From NCBI GenBank assembly GCA_012295275.1, contig CM022679.1, positions 11,036,001 through 11,100,000 on the forward strand: 64,000 nucleotides of DNA. Direction: 5' to 3'. Position numbers and translations under genes: made by a program. Shown in pieces: positions 1 to 13,252 of the stretch. The first letter of the stretch is position 1, and every line of letters starts with the position of its first letter. The notes beneath the pieces are model-generated. The model was not told the DNA's origin, did not search any database, and worked only from the letters and a program-made list of their open reading frames with translations. This DNA is from Chrysomallon squamiferum. Lineage: Eukaryota > Animalia > Mollusca.

Positions 1-19
1 TCTGTTACACTGGGAGAAG

Positions 20-186
20 GCTGAGTTCACTGGTTGTAACACAAGACTGAGGTGTGATGGAATGTAGGATCAATTCTGCTAACTGCCACTGTGGAACTTT
101 TCCTGGTTTCAGCTAGTGACTTGTGATTTATTTGTAAAAGGTTGTGGTATGGTCTTACCTATCTGAGAAGTGCTCATAAAAGATCC
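20..186 (+). mobile_element. decayed tRNA-derived SINE, 5' head plus central domain
   Basis: Degenerate box A (AGTTCACTGG) and box B (AGGATCAATTC), then AAAGGTTGTGGTATGGTCTTACCT...ATAAAAGATCCT. These blocks recur at 912-940, 9636-9695 and 62960-63010. Resembles from memory a gastropod SINE (AAAGGCCGTGGTATGTGCTATCCTGTCTGTGGG...ATAAAAGATCCCTTGCTGCT). Confidence 0.65.
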
Positions 187-228
187 TATGTGTTTGTTTT
201 CTTTCCAGTATTTGTCTGTTTTTGAACA

Positions 229-284
229 TGTGTGTGTGTCTGTCTGTGTATATGTATATATATATGTGTGTGTGTGTAAGTGTG

Positions 285-318
<34 letters not shown>
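229..318. repeat. imperfect (TG)n microsatellite
   Basis: Direct reading. Confidence 0.9.
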
Positions 319-321
<3 letters not shown>

Positions 322-869
322 ACCCTAAAATCCATTACATCTTGCATTATGCTTGGCAAATAACTTAAAATTAGTGACAAAGTATGTTCTATTACATCAC
401 ATTTTCAACATGCTCGTCCTTCATTCCTGGAAGAACTAACTTCACATTACTGAAAAATATAACGTGTTTAATGTCTGTTTCAGATGTCACTTTGTTTTAT
501 ATGAACCATTAAACTATCACAAACATCTCCTGTTTGACAAAAATGTTTCTCAAAATTAACATATTAAATTTATTTATTACATAAATTTTATTCTTAGATA
601 AATGATGATTTTTTTTTGGTTTCATTCTTCAAGACTTTCACATATTACAGTTTTCTTAGCTGATTTAATTTTTTTTTTTTTTTTTTTTAATTATTTTAAT
701 TTTAATTTTTCTTGTTGACATTTTATTTTATTTTCATTAGGCTGGGTAGAAGGAAGACAACTTTGATAAACCTGAATTATATTCTTGATATTTTTTTATA
801 TGTATACTTCATCAAAATGTAGTAAAATCTTTATACTCTCAGTATAATATAAGAGTTACTTACACAATT

Positions 870-1082
870 CCACTACTACATTTTCAAAAAACATCATATA
901 CATTTTCCCATCTGTGTAAATGTAAAAGATTCCTTGCTGCTGGTCACTAAAAGTAACCATTGTGTTGGCAGCAGTGGGTTGCTCATCTCACATCATCATT
1001 ACACTAAAACACTGGTATAATATATAACAATCATCTGTCAATGACAGAATGTATTGAATATTTCTTAAATATTCATTCATTG
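870..1082 (+). mobile_element. decayed SINE, central domain and 3' tail
   Basis: TAAAAGATTCCTTGCTGCTGG...GGCAGCAGTGGGTTGCTC...AATGTATTGAAT...(TTCA)n-like tail; shares the AAAAGAT(T/C)CCT block with the copy at 20-186. Confidence 0.6.
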
Positions 1083-1262
1083 CTTTGTTCTGTCTAGTTC
1101 AGTCTCATGGATCATGTTGTTTTATAATACGTTTTTTCTAAAAAATAAGTAAATTTCTCAGGTTCAATAATATTAAATTATACATTAAAAAAGATGACAA
1201 AACAATTTTATTATTATTTTTCTTACTATAAAGTGTTCCTTTGATGGTTCAAATGAATAGTC

Positions 1263-1293
<31 letters not shown>

Positions 1294-1798
1294 TGGCTGC
1301 ACTACCATAGTTTTTATCTGTTATATATATATAAAAAAAATTATTATAGTTTATTATTAATTAAGACTGGATGACAAATTACCTAACCTGCAAAAATGCA
1401 GAATATATTTAGGCAGTTTTTTTCAAATCGCAAAAAGGTCCACTTTAATTATTCAAATAGTAGGAGAGAGAGAGACCTGTTTTATCATAACTGAAGCTTT
1501 GAAATACTAAACCAATTACTTAATAGTGAATCTGAATGTCTGCCAATGTTTTAACATTTCTGCTACATGTACCAGGACCCTGTGAATGTGTTCCTATCAA
1601 GAAGAAAACGAGATAGTGTTCTTAACCTTTTTCATGTCAACACTTAATGATATTCCAATACTGATTCAATTGTTTTAGTTTATAAAAGGAATACGAATAA
1701 GGAGATGGTTTACAGACAATTATATCAGAAAACTGAAAGGTAGGTGTTTGTGTAATTATATATATTGTTTATCATGTGTGAGTATGTGTGTCTGTGTC

Positions 1799-1802
<4 letters not shown>

Positions 1803-1866
<64 letters not shown>
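1803..1866. repeat. (TG)n microsatellite
   Basis: Direct reading. Confidence 0.95.
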
Positions 1867-1868
<2 letters not shown>

Positions 1869-2061
1869 GTGTAATGTTTATAAAAACTTTAAAAATATAA
1901 TATTCTTCAGCATTATAATTTATAATTCAGTTCTTTTAATATTTGACTACATTATGTTTCAAAACTAAAAGATCATTTTACTACACTGAAATAGACTTTC
2001 AACACCATGACAAAACAAGCTTTAACTATCCTTGTTAAAATGGAGCAAACATGAAATATTA

Positions 2062-2065
<4 letters not shown>

Positions 2066-2106
<41 letters not shown>

Positions 2107-2117
2107 ACACACACACA
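2066..2117. repeat. (CA)n microsatellite
   Basis: Direct reading. Confidence 0.95.
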
Positions 2118-2540
2118 AATAGACCTACATGTGTATTATAGTTAGAATGGAAGAAGAAGAAGAAGAAATCTCGGCCAGCATTTCTCATATATCAATTCTT
2201 GCCTGATCTCGTTTCTTTGGCTTTATGGTATTTGATGTGAGGAATTTGCTTTGTTGATAAGCTGTGTTAAGAAATAAACCCAGACCCGCCCTTCCTATTG
2301 CTGCTGATTAGACCAGGGTTTACATTTCACAAAGTCCTGTCCATGACTGAGTGCATTTATTCAGCAGCTTGTCGTGCATGTTGACTTGCAGTGAAAGAGA
2401 ATACGACCCCATGTGTGTTTTTTACACAGACTTGTTGTTTTATGAATGTAAAGTTTGAATCTTCAAGGTTTAATTCTTTTGAAAGAGGAGGTGAAAAATT
2501 CTGGTTACAGCAAGAGGTTATGAATGTTAACCTTTGACAG

Positions 2541-2968
2541 TTCTGGATATTTGTTAGGCCATGATAATTCTTGATAATAATTAGGCCATGATAATTTTTG
2601 ATAATAATTAGGCCATGATAATTTTTGATAACAATTATCCCAGAATAATTTTTGATAATAATTAGGCCATGATAATTCTTGATAACAATTATCCCAGAAT
2701 AGTTTTGGATAATAATTAGGCCATGATAATTCTTGATAACAGTTATCCCAGAATATTTTTTTATAATAATTAGGCCACAATAATTCTTGATAACAGTTAT
2801 CTCAGAATAATTTTTGGATAATAATTTTGATAATAATTAAACAATGATAATTTTTGATAATAATTATCCAACAATATTTTTTTATAATAATTAGGCCACA
2901 ATAATTCTTGATAACAGTTATCTCAGAATAATTTTTGGATAATAATTAGGCCATGATAATTCTTGATA
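2541..2968. repeat. 27-bp minisatellite with 54-bp higher-order unit
   Basis: Unit A TAGGCCATGATAATTYTTGATAAYAAT alternates with unit B TATCYCAGAATAATTTTTGATAATAAT; ~15 monomers. This explains the WPNYYQKLS/WDNCYQELS ORF. Confidence 0.92.
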
Positions 2969-3819
2969 TTTATTAACGCTCAGTAATTCTTCATAACTGT
3001 TAACATTTGATTTAACAATTAATGTCAGTAGATGAATCACAGTTACTGGACTGACTGGGTCATACATATTTAATTTTCCATGACAGCCAGTTATGAAAGA
3101 CTGAAAGACGATCTTTTTTGTTACTGCAAATAAAAAAAGCTGTAATATTATGATAAGATTCTTTGCTGCTTAGTTGTAAAACTCCATTATAAACAATTTA
3201 AGTCTAGTATCTACATAAAAATTCACAAGTAATAATTAAGCATAGACAAAAAAGTGTGTGTGTGTGTATTAATATACATATATAAATGTATTTGTGTGTG
3301 TATATATATATATATATAGGGCACATGTATACAACATAGTATTAATAATTACATGCCAAAGAAAAAAGATAGAAACAAAAGGAAAAATGTTCTCATTTTT
3401 TAATATCGCCCTACTTGTATTCAACTTGTGAAACAATTAATTTTTATCATGTTTTTTAGTATAACTTCCATGCAATATGATATACACTCTATACTACACA
3501 GGTGCAGTGAAATGGGGTATTATACACTTGACTGATAGTAAGCAGGGTATGTGAAAAAAACAGTGTTAATGCAAACAATTCAAGCAGATTATAAATTTAT
3601 TTTTAAATTCATTTCATCAGAATCCTTCAGCTTTTCACATTTATTAATATGCATAATCACACAGATATAAGTATATCCAAGACACTTTGTTGTTACAGGG
3701 TTTAATGGAGGATATAGATATTACACCTTCTCGTATTACATAAATTCAAAGAATGCGGATGTGATTCAATATACTTATTTTGTGACACGAGTGAGTACTT
3801 TAATGCAAATGCAGATGCA

Positions 3820-3858
<39 letters not shown>

Positions 3859-4372
3859 TCTCACACAATGTAACCACACACGAAACAAATATGTATGTAT
3901 GTATGTATGTATGTATGCACACTGGCATTGGGGAAATCGACATCCCCTTATTTTTGCCTTAAACCACTTAATACTTGCTCTTGTGAATTCTTGTCCACAG
4001 CCTATTAATTCAGCAGATTTAATTAGTGGAAAATTGGCAGACACCTGCTTCATGTTATAAGTAAAGTTATCCTGAACCTGTTGCCCTATTTAACCTAAAG
4101 ATTAAACTGTCTGTTTGCTTGTTAGGTGTCTTGTTTCAGAACGTGGATTCAGTTTCACATGTAAATATACAAACGCACGAACATAATGTTATATACATAC
4201 AAAAACATACTGTTGTACATAAATATATCAGTGTCAGTGGTCGCACATGTATGTACATGTATACAGAAAAAAAGGACATGTATACCTTATATAAGTGTGT
4301 GTGTGGGGGAATTTGTGTATGGGTCTGAATGTGTACGTGTGTGTGTGTGTGTAGGGAATTTGTGTCTGTGTC

Positions 4373-4411
<39 letters not shown>

Positions 4412-4914
4412 TTGTGTGTTATCTGTATGTGTGCTTGTGTGTATTTATGTACTTGTATGTGTGTATGTGTATTTGTATGTGTGTGTTTCTGATTTTTTTA
4501 TTTTTTTTATTTATACCTACAAATGTTAATGTATGTTTAATATTCTTCAGTACAATTTAATGCACAAAATATTTAATTTGGTTTATTAAACATATTAATT
4601 ATTTTTGATAATGAGTTTTATTGCCTTTTTTTAAATATGAAAAGTCTGCCAACAGATGTTAAATACCTTGTTTCTGCATGTCCATTTCTTTTTCTCTATC
4701 TCTTTCATCAGTAACAATAATTTTGTCGCTAAGATCTTTTCCTTTTCAAACCTTTCCCCTTTTACTTATCACACCTTGCATTTAGAAGAAAAGGAAAAAA
4801 AAAAAAAAAAAAGTTAAAATTGTTGGTAACATTTTCCTTTTCTCTTTCTCATTTTTTTTTTTTTTTTTTAAATTGCTGCATTGAGTATCGCACTCTACCT
4901 GAACAGACCTGTCT

Positions 4915-5140
4915 GATAGTGGAATGTTGCTAGTGTAATGTGGTGTTTATCAACATTCACCTTTGTGTGCTGTGCTAATCTCGTATGCACGCCACCCTTT
5001 GGCCAGGAGCCCAGTGCGTAATGGCCCATATTCTCATATGTGGAGACAGACTTTGGCTCTGGGCCTACAGAGCAGGCTATAAAAACCCTCCACGGGTCAT
5101 CTTATCTGTGCTAAACGCTTGCTTTTAATAATGGCCAATT
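4915..5140 (+). promoter_or_regulatory. candidate TATA promoter
   Basis: Locally GC-rich island with GGC-TATAAAA at 5078-5084 and a TEAD-type site GTGGAATGT at 4919-4927. Motif evidence only. Confidence 0.35.
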
Positions 5141-6508
5141 GTTTCTTCACTTCTTTCCAAAACCTACCTGTTGATAACTTGAGACAAAAAGCTTGTACAC
5201 TTTTTGAAACACCGAGTTACATTGAAGACGGGGAAAGGAAACGAGATACGGGAACAAGTGTATGGAACAGATACGAAAGAAAATATTTGTAAAATTGTGT
5301 TAGATAAAGTCGGAATTGTACAAACTGATAGATCTGTTCTGAATGTAGGTTACAGAATTCTGATATCTGAGACTGGGTGTGGTGTTTGGCTTGTCTGTCA
5401 TTTTGCTCCATTTTTAACTTAATAAAAATTTAATTTCGATCCAGATTTACTGTGTGTATTGTTTTTCCTATAGCATTGTTTAAAAAAAAGAATTAACTTT
5501 ATTTAATTATGGAGATTTTATATTGTTTCTTGGGAGCTTTGTTCATGTTTTTGGGAGGATTTGTTTGTTTTGTTTTGGTTTTTTGGTTGTTTTTTTTCTT
5601 TAATTAATATTTCTTTATTTATTTATTTATTTACTTACTTACTTGAAATATCAAGACTTTTAAATTTGTCTTCATAATTTTAATGTTTGATTTTTATACC
5701 AATTTTATTTTATTTTTTATTTTTTTATTATTATTATTTTTTTATTTCTTGCTGACTCTGAATATATTCAATTTTATTCATTCATTAAAGATCACTGAAC
5801 TCTTACATAAATGTATTTTATTAAATTTTCTGATTATGCTCAGACATTTGCGTTTTTGAGAAATACTTCATTTATGTTCTGATCATTGCTGTTCTGTAGC
5901 TGGTACCAGACACAATCTGTGCCAAATTTCTGACATGCAAGTCTTCTAAGAAGGTGCCAGGCTACATGAAATTCCTCCAACTAAGATTCATAGTGAAAAA
6001 AAAATAACAAGTGAAATATTCATTCTGTTAGTTATATTCTTTATGAAATTCCTCCACTGAGGTGCTCTGATAAAGTAGTTCACATGATTCATTCAGGACA
6101 GAAAAACGTTTCAGCTGCTATTTTATACTTGAAATTAAAATGGAATTTTATTATATTATTTTTTTTTTCTGTTTGTATTTATTTTTTTTTTTTTTTTTTT
6201 TTTTAATAAAATAGAAGTTTTAATAAATTTATTACAATCTAGAAATATAAATGGTGTTGAGTTAATCTGACAAAATTAATTTATCTTCGCATGAAAAAAT
6301 ATATTTATTCACTTTATTTTATTTTTTTAAATATTTTATTTAAGCTATAATTTCTGTTAGTTTAATTTTTATGGAGATAGTTAACTTTTCATTTTCCTTT
6401 TATAATTTATTTTGTATTTATTTACTTATTTATTTATTTATTTATTTATTAATTTATTTATTATTATTATTATTATCATCATCATCATCATTATTATTAT
6501 TATTATCA

Positions 6509-6539
<31 letters not shown>

Positions 6540-8103
6540 TTTATTTGTTATTTATTTATCTTTTTGAATACTTTTTGTTGCACAATTTCCATTTTTTTAT
6601 TTTTGTATGGAGTTATTTTAAAGATATTTTAGAATGTAATTAATATATTTTTGTTATTCTGTTGACACTAAAACTGAGATTGTTAAAATATGAAATAAAT
6701 GAAGCTCTTAATGTATATTTTGTATTTAATTAGGTGTATACATATACTGATTAATGGGGTTTTGGGGTTTTTTGAAATTCAGTTCTGGTTCAAGTTCTGA
6801 CTTGTTAGACATAAAATTATATTGCATATTTATGAGTGCGTGTGCGTGTGCGTGTATGTGTATGAGTGAGTGAATGCTTTTGTAAAACAAAAACACACTT
6901 AATTACTTGAAAACAGTATATTTAAATGTTGAATTAGGAGATGTCACATTGCTATCCAGGTTCCCAAATTATAATCTATTGCCTGTGATAAAACTACTCC
7001 TCTCTATATGCATATGAGTGTTACGCATAAATATTAATAAGCCAGTGATATGTTGCAAATGCCGAAATGCTGTAATAAAAAATGTACTTTACATATGTGT
7101 TTTGATCAGTATATTGATTTCTCTCTTGACTCACAGTAACTCACACATTTTCTAAGCCTAGTAAAGCCTTTGTCTGAACAGGTTTCAGTTTATTGATAAC
7201 ATCCTTCCTCTCCTCGCCAGTCATAGTAAGACACAGACTACTTCAAGGGTTGCTGCCCTCGGTCCTCCAACGATTAAGTGAAGCGTTATTTAATTTTCTT
7301 TCACTCTATTTTTTTTTTTTTTTTTTTTTTTGTGTTTTCTTTCTTTCTTTCTTTCTTTTCTTTATTTATTTATTTTCTTTATTTTTTGTTCTTTTTCAAA
7401 ATATGTTTGAGGACCTCAAAAAGGCTCACAAATTCTTAATTTGGCATTACTCTTCATTAACACACAGTCTCCATGCATATATTCTCACTATTAAAGTTTA
7501 AAAAAATTATATATATAAATGTCTAGAATAAATTATTTGTGAACTGAAACATTTTGATACATAAAGACAAAAAAAAATAAATCTACAGATAACTGTTTAA
7601 TGCTATTTATAAAAAAAAAAAAAAAATGTTATCTTTCAAATGAAGATCTCAGGAAAAGAACATTTTACTAAGGTGCATTTCTGATTAATGTTTTTTATTA
7701 CAAATACTTACAGTCTGTATTATTGGATATCTTGCCCTGTAACTTAAACAATAGCCAAATCCCATTTCTAAATGCAGTGAACTTGGATAATGATATAATT
7801 AAGATTTGGGCAACCTACATGGTAAGATACAATTAAGGATTAATTGTTTAATATTTAACTTCAGGTATATTTACTATATTTTTACCTAGCTCTGTATTAG
7901 AATTTTATATGAAACTGGGGATTATTGTGTATAGATCTTGCCATATAGAATTGCAGCTGTGAAGGACAGAATTTGCAATAAAAATATTTGGTCTTACAAA
8001 AAGTGTTTCAACAAGGCGTATGAATTCAAATAATTACAAATATTTACTCAGTTTTATTGCAAATATTAAATCTTTGGTGAATGTATCTTTTAACAGAAAA
8101 TAA

Positions 8104-8105
<2 letters not shown>

Positions 8106-8160
<55 letters not shown>
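8106..8160. repeat. (CT)n microsatellite
   Basis: Direct reading. Confidence 0.95.
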
Positions 8161-8164
<4 letters not shown>

Positions 8165-8741
8165 GTTATTTTTACTGGCTATAGTCTTGATATCAGGGTA
8201 TTGTTTTTAATTTAACAAAATTATAGATTAAATATGTATATAATGAATTACAGGGGCAAAATAACAAAAAGTGATAGTTGCAGAGTTTTAGACCCTGATT
8301 AAAACTTGTGATGAAACAACAATTATTCCTTTCTTCATATGAACTAATTAAATAATGCACATAAACATAAAATAAATGCATGAACATAAACATACATGCA
8401 GCGATACATATCCACAGGTAAAAATGCTAAAACAACCACCGTATGATTAAAAACAAAAAGCACAGCATGCATTTGCACATACACAAACATCAGTATTTTT
8501 TTCTATGTATTGCATATTAACAACACAGTCGAGATTACTGCAGAAATATGTGCATTATATATACACCAACCATTAACACATATACACCTATCACTTACAT
8601 ACAAACACGCATATTACGTATATACATCATACATGAATACCACATGTACACACATCATAAATTTACACACACACACACACACAGATTCATTCTCTATATT
8701 CTATTAAAATATGATATTTTAATATCTGTTTAACACTCACA

Positions 8742-8800
<59 letters not shown>
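8742..8800. repeat. (TG)n(TA)n compound microsatellite
   Basis: Direct reading. Confidence 0.93.
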
Positions 8801-8804
<4 letters not shown>

Positions 8805-9249
8805 TTATATATTTGTGTATATATTTTTCAGGTGAAATGCACACTTGTTGACCCAGAACTTCACTCTTAAAATCTCCATGTCATTGATGCATGTGATTGT
8901 GCCAGACATGAATAAAAGAGTTATTTGAAGATGCATGTTTATCAGCCAGGCTACCTGTTTCTGCAGACAGCACATTTAAGTGAAAACAAAGGTCACTGAA
9001 AGAAGAACAAATTAGAAATAACTGCTTCTTTGTGTAGTCGATGGAAACTTACTTAATATATCTTGAGTATTAAATACCCAATCGTGTGATACTGAAGGTA
9101 AGTGACTTTCAAATTACATTAATTTTTTAAAAAGCGTTTTTTTTTTTTTTTTTTTTTTTAAAGTGTTTGGCAGTCATTTTTGTTTTTTTTTTTTCAAAAA
9201 GAAAAAAGCTAAATTATTGGTTTTAGATTCTACAACACACACACAAACA

Positions 9250-9285
<36 letters not shown>

Positions 9286-9635
9286 TACACATTCACATAT
9301 ATTTATCATTTGATATCTATACATACCCATTCATATTCACATATACAGACTGGTTAATGGATTCTGTTCTTGTTTAAACATGATTCATATAAAACTAATA
9401 AAACTGTCTGAACTGAAAACAGAATATTTAAAAAAAAAAAAAATTTATATCATTTTTAAAAAAAATAAAAATAAATAAAAATAACTTAGTTAATAGGATA
9501 TTTTATTTTGAAAATCTGTTTTCTGAGTGCAGATATGTAATATTTCTTAACTGATTTTTAAGAGTTTCTTAGTCATGAATTGGAATGTAGTAACTGGAGG
9601 GATAAAGGAATAACAGTAAAAACTCCCTGCTTTTG

Positions 9636-9695
9636 AAAGACTGTGGTATGTGCTTAACTGTGTTTCTGTAATGTTGAAAGTGACCCCTTGCTGCA
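9636..9695 (+). mobile_element. SINE central-domain fragment
   Basis: AAAGACTGTGGTATGTGCTT...GACCCCTTGCTGC aligns with both 136-160 and 924-940. Confidence 0.55.
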
Positions 9696-10499
9696 AGCTT
9701 CTTCAAGTATTTCTTCTTCTAGACTAAACACAGGATTGTCAGCACTAAATATTTAATGGATAAACAACATGCTGGGGAATTCTTTAAACAAGTATTGTAT
9801 GTTTCCAGATTTCCCTTTGTTATTTTTAAAGAACAGCTTATGTAATTTCTAACTTTACAATTTAATTTTATTTACGATACGACAAATAAATTTTCATTTT
9901 TTATTTAAAATTTATTTAATTTTTTTTTTTTTAATATCTTACACTGACATGATAACTTCTTTATTTTTTTTTTTTTTTTTTTTTCTAGTTAAAAATTATG
10001 AGTTTATCAAACAACCATTTATCTCCCTTTTTCTTGACATTGACCGGATTTCATCATTAAATTAAAAAATAGTTTAATTTAAAAAAAGAGTAAAATTTGC
10101 ATTTATTAATATTTATCAGTTTAAACTAATCTGCAGTAAATTTTAACCGATTAAACATTTTTTAAATATTTATTACAATGGGAAATAACTTACTTCATGT
10201 CATGTATATATTTTCCTGAATTATCTCCCATATATTCATAATTCTGTGTTTTTTTTTTTTTTTTTTTTTTAATTTAATTTAATTTAATTTAATTTTATTT
10301 AATTTTTATTATTATTAACCAAAACAATGTAAAAGTAATTCATTTGCTGATTAATTGTATTATTGAGTTGTAAAATTTTATATAAAAAATTAGAAATCAA
10401 GATAATTTAAAGTAAGGTAGCAATGCCATCAGTTCAGCATATTTTTAAGAATATTAGTTTTGTTATTTTTGACATTGTTGCCTCTGCTGTTATTATTAC

Positions 10500-10530
<31 letters not shown>

Positions 10531-10634
10531 TAACACAGAAATTTTTACTACAGCAGTGGATATTAGTTCACTTTGGTTAAAAAAACACACCAGAAAGTCT
10601 GACTTGATTCAACATGTGAATTGTGTTTGCTTTT

Positions 10635-10688
<54 letters not shown>

Positions 10689-11298
10689 CATTATTATTTT
10701 AAATTGATAAAGTGGATTTATTTTAATTTTTTATATTACTGGTATGCTTATTACTATTATTAATAATCGAAGATCTTTTATGGGCATTGTATGTTCATAT
10801 GTTTTTAAAATTTTAAATTGTGTTTAAAGTAGTAAATTAAAAGACTATATCATTTCATTATTTTATTTATCTTACCTTTCATTTCATTTTGTTTTTTTTT
10901 TTTTTTTTTTTTTATTATTTTAGGTTTATTTGTTACATTGTATACAACAGGAATATATATTTATATAAGAAGTAAATTCTCTTTGGGTTTTTTAAGAATT
11001 CATTTCTAAAGAAATCTTTTAAATACATACTGTTATTACTATATAAAATGTTTGAACATTTAAAAGAATTATAGTTACAAGCCAAGGGAGATAAATCCAT
11101 TTTGTTTTGTGACAATGTCAGCATTGATTATTTCCCTTACACTACAATATATTTTTATATATCATTACTTTTTTGCATTATTTTTAATTCCAAAAATATT
11201 ATTTGAAGAAAATAAATATTTTCAAGGATATATTATTATTATTACTTTCTCTTTAAATTTTTTTTATAAAAAATGAAAACAAAGTAATTGATATGATC

Positions 11299-11342
<44 letters not shown>

Positions 11343-13219
11343 TGTTGTTTTCAGTAATTAGTTGGTTATAGTAAATGATCATTGCTTACATTTTCTATTA
11401 TAATGGCTCTCAGTATTAGCGGTTGCTGTTTTGACTTTTAGCTATTAACAAGTTGGAACAATGGCCTCTGCTAGAATGTTGGATTCATTTTCACCTGTTA
11501 AAATTAAGGAAAACCTTAGATAAAAAAAAAAAAAAAAAGTTTATATGGTGTATTTTAAACATCTTGTTATGGGGCTGCACTGAAATGGGAAGTAGTCCAG
11601 ATCTTAAAGTCTATCACTGTTGTCACTTGAATATTGTGTTTTGTTATGCTGTGTATGGAAAACTGCATTTACAACTAGGAAGCACAGCATAAAGAGTAGC
11701 AGCAGCAACAATAGGCTTCCTGCTGTAATTGTGAAACTATTATCATTGTCATTAAAATAGGGCGAAGGACTGATAATCAAGCATTTCATTAATAATTCAT
11801 GAATAGCTTGTGTTACGTAAACAAATATTAACAGCATTTAAAACATAGTTGCTGTCTTTTAAACTTCGGATTATTTTTTTATTTATTTATTTATTTACTT
11901 TTTTTTTTATTTCTGTAGTAGTAGTAGTTGTTGTTGTTGTAGTTGATTGTTGTTGTTGGTTGGTTGGTTGGTTGTTTGACGGTTTTCGTGTTTTAAATTT
12001 TTATTATTTTCAAACTGTATTGATTAAATAAAAATAAGTAAATAAATAATCACAACAATTCTGAACCCCTTCAAAAACCACAACATAAAACTCTGTATCT
12101 GGAATTTTCTGATTTTGACAGGCATTTCACATACCTGTAGGTATTAACTTACATATTTCAGAAGCAACAAACTGAAATATCAGTCCATGAAAATTTAATT
12201 CCTATAACCTTTTGTGCTGGAAATTTGATTTTGGATATTAATATTTATCTTTCACAACTTCTCCTTTGTTACTGGTAAGACAGCCTAATCCATAACAAGT
12301 TGTTTTTTTTCTTTAAGAAAAAAATTAAATCAAATTCAAGGATTTGTATTCTAGTGGGTATTCCGGTGGGTATTCTCTGAGATGGAAAAGAAGGCTGAAT
12401 TGAGAAATATATATGGAAATACTATCTTCAAATAACAGAATTTTAGACCTTTCATTGTTGGCACTCTCAACACAGTCCGTATATTTATGCAAACATTTTT
12501 CATTGCGAGATTGGAGAAATAAATTCCGTATAATTTTTCATCTTCACACTGTTTCACTGACACTGAGGTCAGACCAGACTGGGAATGCCTTGCATGTTCT
12601 TGCCGAGTGCCATCAACAGTTGACAATGCCATGGTATCAAATCATGTTTAAGATCCACTGCTATCACAAGTATCTGTGAAATCTTAATACATGGGATTGC
12701 ATAAATTCTGATCATGAGCTGGAGATCATACGTCAATTGAAAATACTGGATTAGAATCCATAATGAAGTTTGAATAGATAATCCAGTGATATTGTGTTGT
12801 GGGTAAACTCCCTCTGTTTAAGTGGTGAGAAATCCTTCAGTGGTGTTTAATGTCATGTTTTTTTTTTTTTAAGATCTATAGGTGTTGCAGTAGTTAACTT
12901 GTACTTGTTCACATTTATTTCTCCAGCCAGGGTTGATGGGACAAGTCTCAGCAGGGAATCATCTTGGTGTGGATAATGCAGTCACTCGGGAAGTGGTTGT
13001 ATTGTAAAAATCTGCTTTATGGAAAGTAGTAGCAGTGATTTTTTAAATGTTTGAAAAAGCTTTTGTTTGTGTTTGGGGAAATACAGTAAAATAAGTTTTT
13101 TTTAAATGTAGTATTTTATTATTAGGTTGAAGGCAAGGTTTAGCAGTTATTATATAATCATACTTTTTGAATATCTGAGAAACAGATAGTGTGTGTGTGT
13201 CTTTAGTGGATGTATTGTG

Positions 13220-13252
<33 letters not shown>

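Noticed and set aside
2505-2780. 91-aa repetitive ORF (WPNYYQKLS)n
   Set aside because: Product of the 27-bp minisatellite; non-ATG start, and the frame is broken by indels in adjoining units.
186-4560. Numerous VCVCVC/HTHTHT ORFs here and throughout the window
   Set aside because: Dinucleotide microsatellite translations.
5204-5422. 72-aa ORF with protein-like composition
   Set aside because: TTG start, in-frame stop at 5180 with no ATG between, no recognisable domain.
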